Shown in pieces: positions 59,301 to 64,000 of a DNA stretch of 64,000 nucleotides. Numbering within the stretch: position 1 is the first letter of the stretch; each line of letters opens with the position of its first letter. A program made the position numbers and the translations under genes. The stretch is from Eledone cirrhosa (taxonomy: Eukaryota). The notes beneath the pieces are model-generated. The model made no database searches. It saw nothing but the letters and a program-made list of their open reading frames with translations, and had not been told where the DNA came from. The DNA is taken from NCBI GenBank assembly GCA_964016885.1, contig OZ024742.1, positions 361,460,001 through 361,524,000 on the forward strand, given 5' to 3'.

Positions 59301-62300
59301 CACCCAGTACACAGTGAAAAGTGGTTGTTTAGGTATCACAGCAAAAAGCACCCAGTACACGCTGTAAAGTGATTGTGTAGGTATCACAACAAAAATCATC
59401 CAGTACACACTGTAAAGTGTTTATGTAGGTATCACAACAAAAAGCATCCAGTACACACTCTAAAGTGGTCGTGGAAGTGACACAACAAAAGGCACCAATA
59501 CACACTGCAAAGTGGTCGTGTAAGTGTCACAACAAATGGCACCCAATACACACTGTAAAGTGGTCATGTAAGTGTTACAACAAAAGGCACCCAATACACA
59601 CTGTAAAGTGGTCATGTAAGTCATGTAAGTGTTACAACAAAAGGCACCCGATACACACTGTAAAGTGGTCATGTAGGTGTTCCAACAAAAGGCACCCAAT
59701 ACACACTGTAAAGTGGTCATGTAAGTGTTACAACAAAAGTCACCCAATACACACTGTAAAGTGGTCATGTAGGTGTTACAACAAAAAGGCACCCAATACA
59801 CACTGTAAAGTGGTCAGGTAACTGTTACAACAAAAGGCACCCAATACACACTGTAAAGTGGTCATGTAGGTGTTACAACAAAAGGCACCCAATACACACT
59901 GTACAGTGGTCATGTAATTGCTACAACAAAAGGCACCCAATACACACTGAAAAGTGGTCATGTAACTGTTACAACAAAAGGCACCCAATACACACTGTAA
60001 AGTGATCACGTAAGTGTTACAACAAAAGGCACCCAATACACACTGTAAAGTGGTCATATAATTGTTACAACAAAAGGCACCCAATACAAACTGTAAAGTG
60101 GTCATGTAGGTGTTACAACAAAAGGCACCCAATACTCACTGTAAAGTGGTCATGTAGGAGCTACAACAAAAGGCACCCAATGCACACTGTAAAGTGGTCT
60201 TGTAACTGTTACAACAAAAGGCACCCAATACACACTGTAAACGTTCATGTAACTGTTACAACAAAAGGCACCCAATACACACTGTAAAGTGGTCATGTAG
60301 GTGTTACAACAAAAGGCACCCAATAGTCACTGTAAAGTGGTCATGTAGGTGCTACAACAAAAGGCACCCAGTACACACTGTAAAGTGGTCATGTAAGTGT
60401 TACAACAAAAGGCATCCAATACACACTGTAACGTGGTCATGTAGGTGTTACAACAAAAGGCACCCAATACACACTGTAAAGTGGTCATGTAACTGTTACA
60501 ACAAAAGGCACCCAATACAAACTGCAAAGTGGTCATGTAGGTGTTACAACAAAAGGCACCCAATACTCACTGTAAAGTGGTCATGTAGGTGCTACAACAA
60601 TAGGCACCCAATACACACTGTAAAGTGGTCATGTAAGTGTTACAACAAAAGGCACCCAATACGCACTGAAGTGGTCATGTAACTGTTACAACAAAAGGCA
60701 CCCAATACACACTGTAAAGTGGTCATGTAGGTGTTACACCAAAAGGCACCAAATAGAAACTGTAAAGTGGTCATGTAAGTGTTACAACAAAAGGCACCCA
60801 ATACACACTGTAAAGTGGTCATGTAAGTGTTACAACAAAAGGCACCCAATACACACTGTAATGTGGTCATGTAGGTGCTACAACAAAAGGCACCCAATAC
60901 ACACAGTAAAGTGGTCATGTAACTGTTACAACAAAAGGCACCCAATACACACTGTAAAGTGTTCATGTAGGTGTTACAACAAAAGGCACCCAATACAAAC
61001 TGTAAAGTGGTCATGTAAGTGTTACAACAAAAGGCACCCAATACACACTGTAAAGTGGTCATGTAAGTGTTACAACAAAAGGCACCCGATACACACTGTA
61101 AAGTGGTCATGTAGGTGTTCCAACAAAAGGCACCCAATACACACTGTAAAGTGGTCATGTAAGTGTTACAACAAAAGTCACCCAATACACACTGTAAAGT
61201 GGTCATGTAGGTGTTACAACGAAATGCACCCAATACACACTGTAAAGTGGTCTTGTAACTGTTACAACAAAAGGCACCCAATACACACTGTAAAGTGGTC
61301 ATGTAGGTGTTACAACAAAAGGCACCCAATACACACTGTACAGTGGTCATGTAAGTGCTACAACAAAAGGCACCCAATACACACTGAAAAGTGGTCATGT
61401 AACTGTTACAACAAAAGGCACCCAATACACACTGTAAAGTGATCACGTAAGTGTTACAACAAAAGGCACCCAATACAAACTGTAAAGTGGTCATATAATT
61501 GTTACAACAAAAGTCACCCAATACAAACTGTAAAGTGGTCATGTAGGTGTTACAACAAAAGGCACCCAATACTCACTGTAAAGTGGTCATGTAGGTGCTA
61601 CAACAAAAGGCACCCAATACACACTGTAAAGTTGTCTTGTAACTGTTACAACAAAAGGCACCCAATACACACTGTAAACGTTCATGTAACTGTTACAACA
61701 AAAGGCACCCAATACACACTGTAAAGTGGTCATGTAGGTGTTACAGCAAAAGGCACCCAATACTCACTGTAAAGTGGTCATGTAGGTGCTACAACAAAAG
61801 GCACCCAGTACACACTGTAAAGTGGTCATGTAAGTGTTACAACAAAAGGCACCCAATACACACTGTAAAGTGCTCATGTAACTGTTACAACAAAAGGCAC
61901 CCAATACAAACTGTAAAGTGGTCATGTAGGTGTTACAACAAAAGGCACCCAATACTCACTGTTAAGTGGTCATGTAGGTGCTACAACAATAGGCACCCAA
62001 TACACACTGTAAAGTGGTCATGTAAGTGTTACAACAAAAGGCACCCAATACACACTGTAAAGTGGTCACGTAGGTGTTACAACAAAAGGCACCCAATACA
62101 CACTGTAATGTGTTCATGTAGGTGTTACAACAAAAGGCATCCAATACACACTGTAAAGTGGTCATGTAAGTGTTATAACAAAAGGCACCCAATACACACT
62201 GTAAAGTGGTCATGTGGGTGTTACAACAAAAGGCACCCAATACGCACTGAAGTGGTCATGTAACTGTTACAACAAAAGGCACCCAATACACACTGTAAAG

Positions 62301-63540
62301 TGGTCATGTAGGTGTTACAACAAAAGGCACCCAATACAAACTGTAAAGTGGTCATGTAAGTGTTACAACAAAAGGCATCCAATACACACTGTAAAGTGGT
62401 CATGTAAGTGTTACAACAAAAGGCACCCAATACACACTGTAATGTGGTCATGTAGGTGCTACAACAAAAGGCACCCAATACACACAGTAAAGTGGTCATG
62501 TAACTGTTACTACAAAAGGCACCCAATACACACTGTAAAGTGTTCATGTAGGTGTTACAACAAAAGGCACCCAATACAAACTGTAAAGTGGTCATGTAAG
62601 TGTTACAACAAAAGGCACCCAATACACACTGTAAAGTGGTCATGTAGGTGTTACAACAAAAGGCACCCAATACACACTGTAAAGTGGTCATGTAAGTGTT
62701 ACAACAAAAGGCATCCAATACACACTGTAAAGTGGTCATGTAAGTGTTACAACAAAAGGCACCCAATACACACTGTAAAGTGCTCATGTAACTGTTACAA
62801 CAAAAGGCACCCAATACAAACTGTAAAGTGGTCATGTAAGTGTTACAACAAAAGGCACCCAATACATACTGTAAAGTGGTCATGTTGGTGTTACAACAAA
62901 AGGCACCCAATACACACTGTAAAGTGGTCATGTAAGTGTTACAACAAAAGGCACCCAATACACACTGTAAAGTGGTCATGTAAGTGTTACAACAAAAAGC
63001 ACCCAATACACACTGTAAAGTGCTCATGTAACTGTTACAACAAGAGGCACCCAATACAAACTGTAAAGTGGTCATGTAACTGTTACAACAAAAGCCACCC
63101 AATACACAGTGTAAAATGGTCATGTAACTGTTACAACAAAAGGCACCCAATACAAACTGTAAAGTGGTCATATAACTGTTACAACAAAAGGCACCCAATA
63201 CACACTGTAAAGTGGTCATGTAGGAGTTACAACAAAAGGCACCCAATACAAACTGTAAAGTGGTCACGTAGGTGTTACAACAAAAAGCACCCAATACAAA
63301 CTGTAAAGTGGTCATGTAGGTGTTACAACAAAAAGCACCTAATACTCACTGTAAAGTGGTCATGTAGGTGCTACAACAAAAGGCACCCAATTCACACTGT
63401 AAAGTTTTCATGTTAATGTCACAACAAAAGGCACCCAGTAAACACTGTAAGTAGAGTATGTAGGTATCAAATGCAAAAAGCACCCAATACACACTGTAAA
63501 GTGGTCGTGTAGGTATCACAACAAAAGGCACCCAGTACAC
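54800..63540 (+). repeat. Tandem duplication of an ~4.3-4.4-kb block with its junction near 59,110
   Basis: Offsets are 4322-4323 (55454/59776; 54897/59220), 4229 (57733/61962; 57985/62214) and 4421 (59027/63448). The copies share an A9 run (~54924, ~59247) and the TGTTAATGTC and CAGTAAACAC variants (~58990/59017 and ~63411/63436). Confidence 0.8.
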
Positions 63541-64000
63541 ACTGTAAAGTGGTTGTTTAGGTATCACAGCAAAATCACCCAGTACACACTGTAAAGTGAT
63601 TATGTAGGTATCACAACAAAAAGCATCCAGTACACACTCTAAAGTGGTCATGGAAGTGACACAACAAAAGGCACCCAATACACACTGTAAAGTGGTCGTG
63701 TAAGTGTCACAACAAAAGGCACCCAATACACACTGTAAAGTGGTCATGTAGGTGCTACAACAAAGGGCACCCAATACACACTGTAAAGTGGTCATGTAGG
63801 TGTTACAACAAAAGGCACCCAATACAAACTGTAAAGTGGTAATGTAGGCGTTACAACGAAAGACACCCAATACACACTGTAAAGTGGTCATGTATGTGTC
63901 AGAACAAAAGGCACCCAGTACACACTGCAAAGAGATTATTTAGGTATCACAGCAACAAGGGCCCAATACACACTGTAAAGTGATCATGTAAGTGTTATAA

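Larger units (their letters stand above)
1..64000 (+). repeat. 48-bp tandem satellite/minisatellite array, ~1,330 monomers, all in one orientation, running to both window edges
   Basis: The unit GTTACAACAAAAGGCACCCAATACACACTGTAAAGTGGTCATGTA(GG/AG/AC)T recurs every 48 nt throughout. ORF translations show the 16-aa period (CYNKRHPIHTVKWSCR on +, LQCVLGAFCCNTYMTT on -). No non-repeat sequence or inverted block was seen. Confidence 0.99.
29600..64000 (+). repeat. Right, more diverged domain organised around a recurring cassette of divergent monomers
   Basis: The cassette AATTCACAC-GTTTTCATGTAAATGTCAC / GTAAGTAGAGTATGTAGGTATCAAATGC (49-bp monomer) / GTGATTATGTAGGTATCAC..AAAAAGCATCCAGTAC / GTCGTGGAAGTGACAC has its 49-mer at ~29831, 31415, 34773, 36206, 39801, 41331, 43204, 45500, 47610, 52839, 54897, 59027, 59220 and 63448. 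One further copy at ~49570-49850 lacks the 49-mer. The cassette is absent from 1-29.6 kb. Confidence 0.9.

Noticed and set aside
62221-63315. Minus-strand Cys-rich ORFs (LQCVLGAFCCNTYMTT)n as keratin-associated, metallothionein-like or membrane proteins
   Set aside because: They are open only because the 48-bp unit lacks a stop in this frame. Stop-containing and frameshifting monomers have been amplified within HORs, which argues against coding constraint. Not annotated as CDS.
62214-63416. Plus-strand Cys/His-rich ORFs (CYNKRHPIHTVKWSCR)n as zinc-finger or metal-binding proteins, also 42210-43262, 57985-58995 and others
   Set aside because: The 16-aa period has CxC and HxxH spacing, not the 28-aa C2H2 pattern with a TGEKP linker. 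ORF ends are set by sporadic TGA variants and frameshifting monomers, starts are arbitrary GTG/TTG/ATG codons, and there is no non-repeat domain.
1-64000. CRISPR array (regular period, repeat starting GTT, internal dyads)
   Set aside because: There are no unique spacers: the whole 48-bp unit is repeated with only point variants. No leader or cas genes are present.
1-64000. Hammerhead-ribozyme satellite or retrozyme (as in newt satellite 2 or schistosome Sm-alpha)
   Set aside because: The consensus lacks the CUGANGA and GAAA catalytic core on either strand, and the monomer is much shorter than known retrozyme units.
1-64000. Integron attC array or phage/plasmid iteron array
   Set aside because: GTTACAA does not fit the GTTRRRY core, no cassettes lie between repeats, no integrase or rep gene is present, and the scale (more than 1,300 copies) is far beyond iteron arrays.
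1-64000. Telomeric repeat or G-quadruplex array
   Set aside because: There is no short telomere-type unit. The plus strand has only GG dinucleotides and the minus strand one GGG per 48 bp, too sparse for a canonical G4.
29600-64000. Diversity-generating or programmed hypervariable system encoded in monomer order
   Set aside because: Variant order is copied faithfully between duplicated blocks and is explained by nested duplications. No reverse transcriptase, recombinase or template/variable pair is present in the window.

Overview
The whole 64-kb window is one uninterrupted, head-to-tail, single-orientation tandem array (satellite/minisatellite DNA) of a 48-bp monomer. The consensus is GTTACAACAAAAGGCACCCAATACACACTGTAAAGTGGTCATGTA(GG/AG/AC)T, about 1,330 copies, about 42% GC, with no CpG in the consensus. 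I see no gene, RNA gene, transposon, CRISPR array or unique sequence. All listed ORFs are by-products of a 48-bp (16-codon) unit that is stop-free in two frames. The information lies in the variants. (1) A homogeneous left domain (1 to ~28 kb) has variable higher-order repeats (HORs) and a near-identical 8,157-bp (170-monomer) tandem duplication. (2) A more diverged right domain (~29.6-64 kb) is punctuated by a recurring cassette of divergent monomers and by 4.3-5.3-kb duplications. (3) A 2.2-kb patch rich in 1-bp indels (16.65-18.9 kb) looks like sequencing/consensus error. (4) Short dyads inside the monomer are often preserved or strengthened by common variants. The source is probably eukaryotic, but the taxon cannot be determined from this sequence. 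I found no well-supported new biological system; the structural and recoding ideas below are testable hypotheses only.
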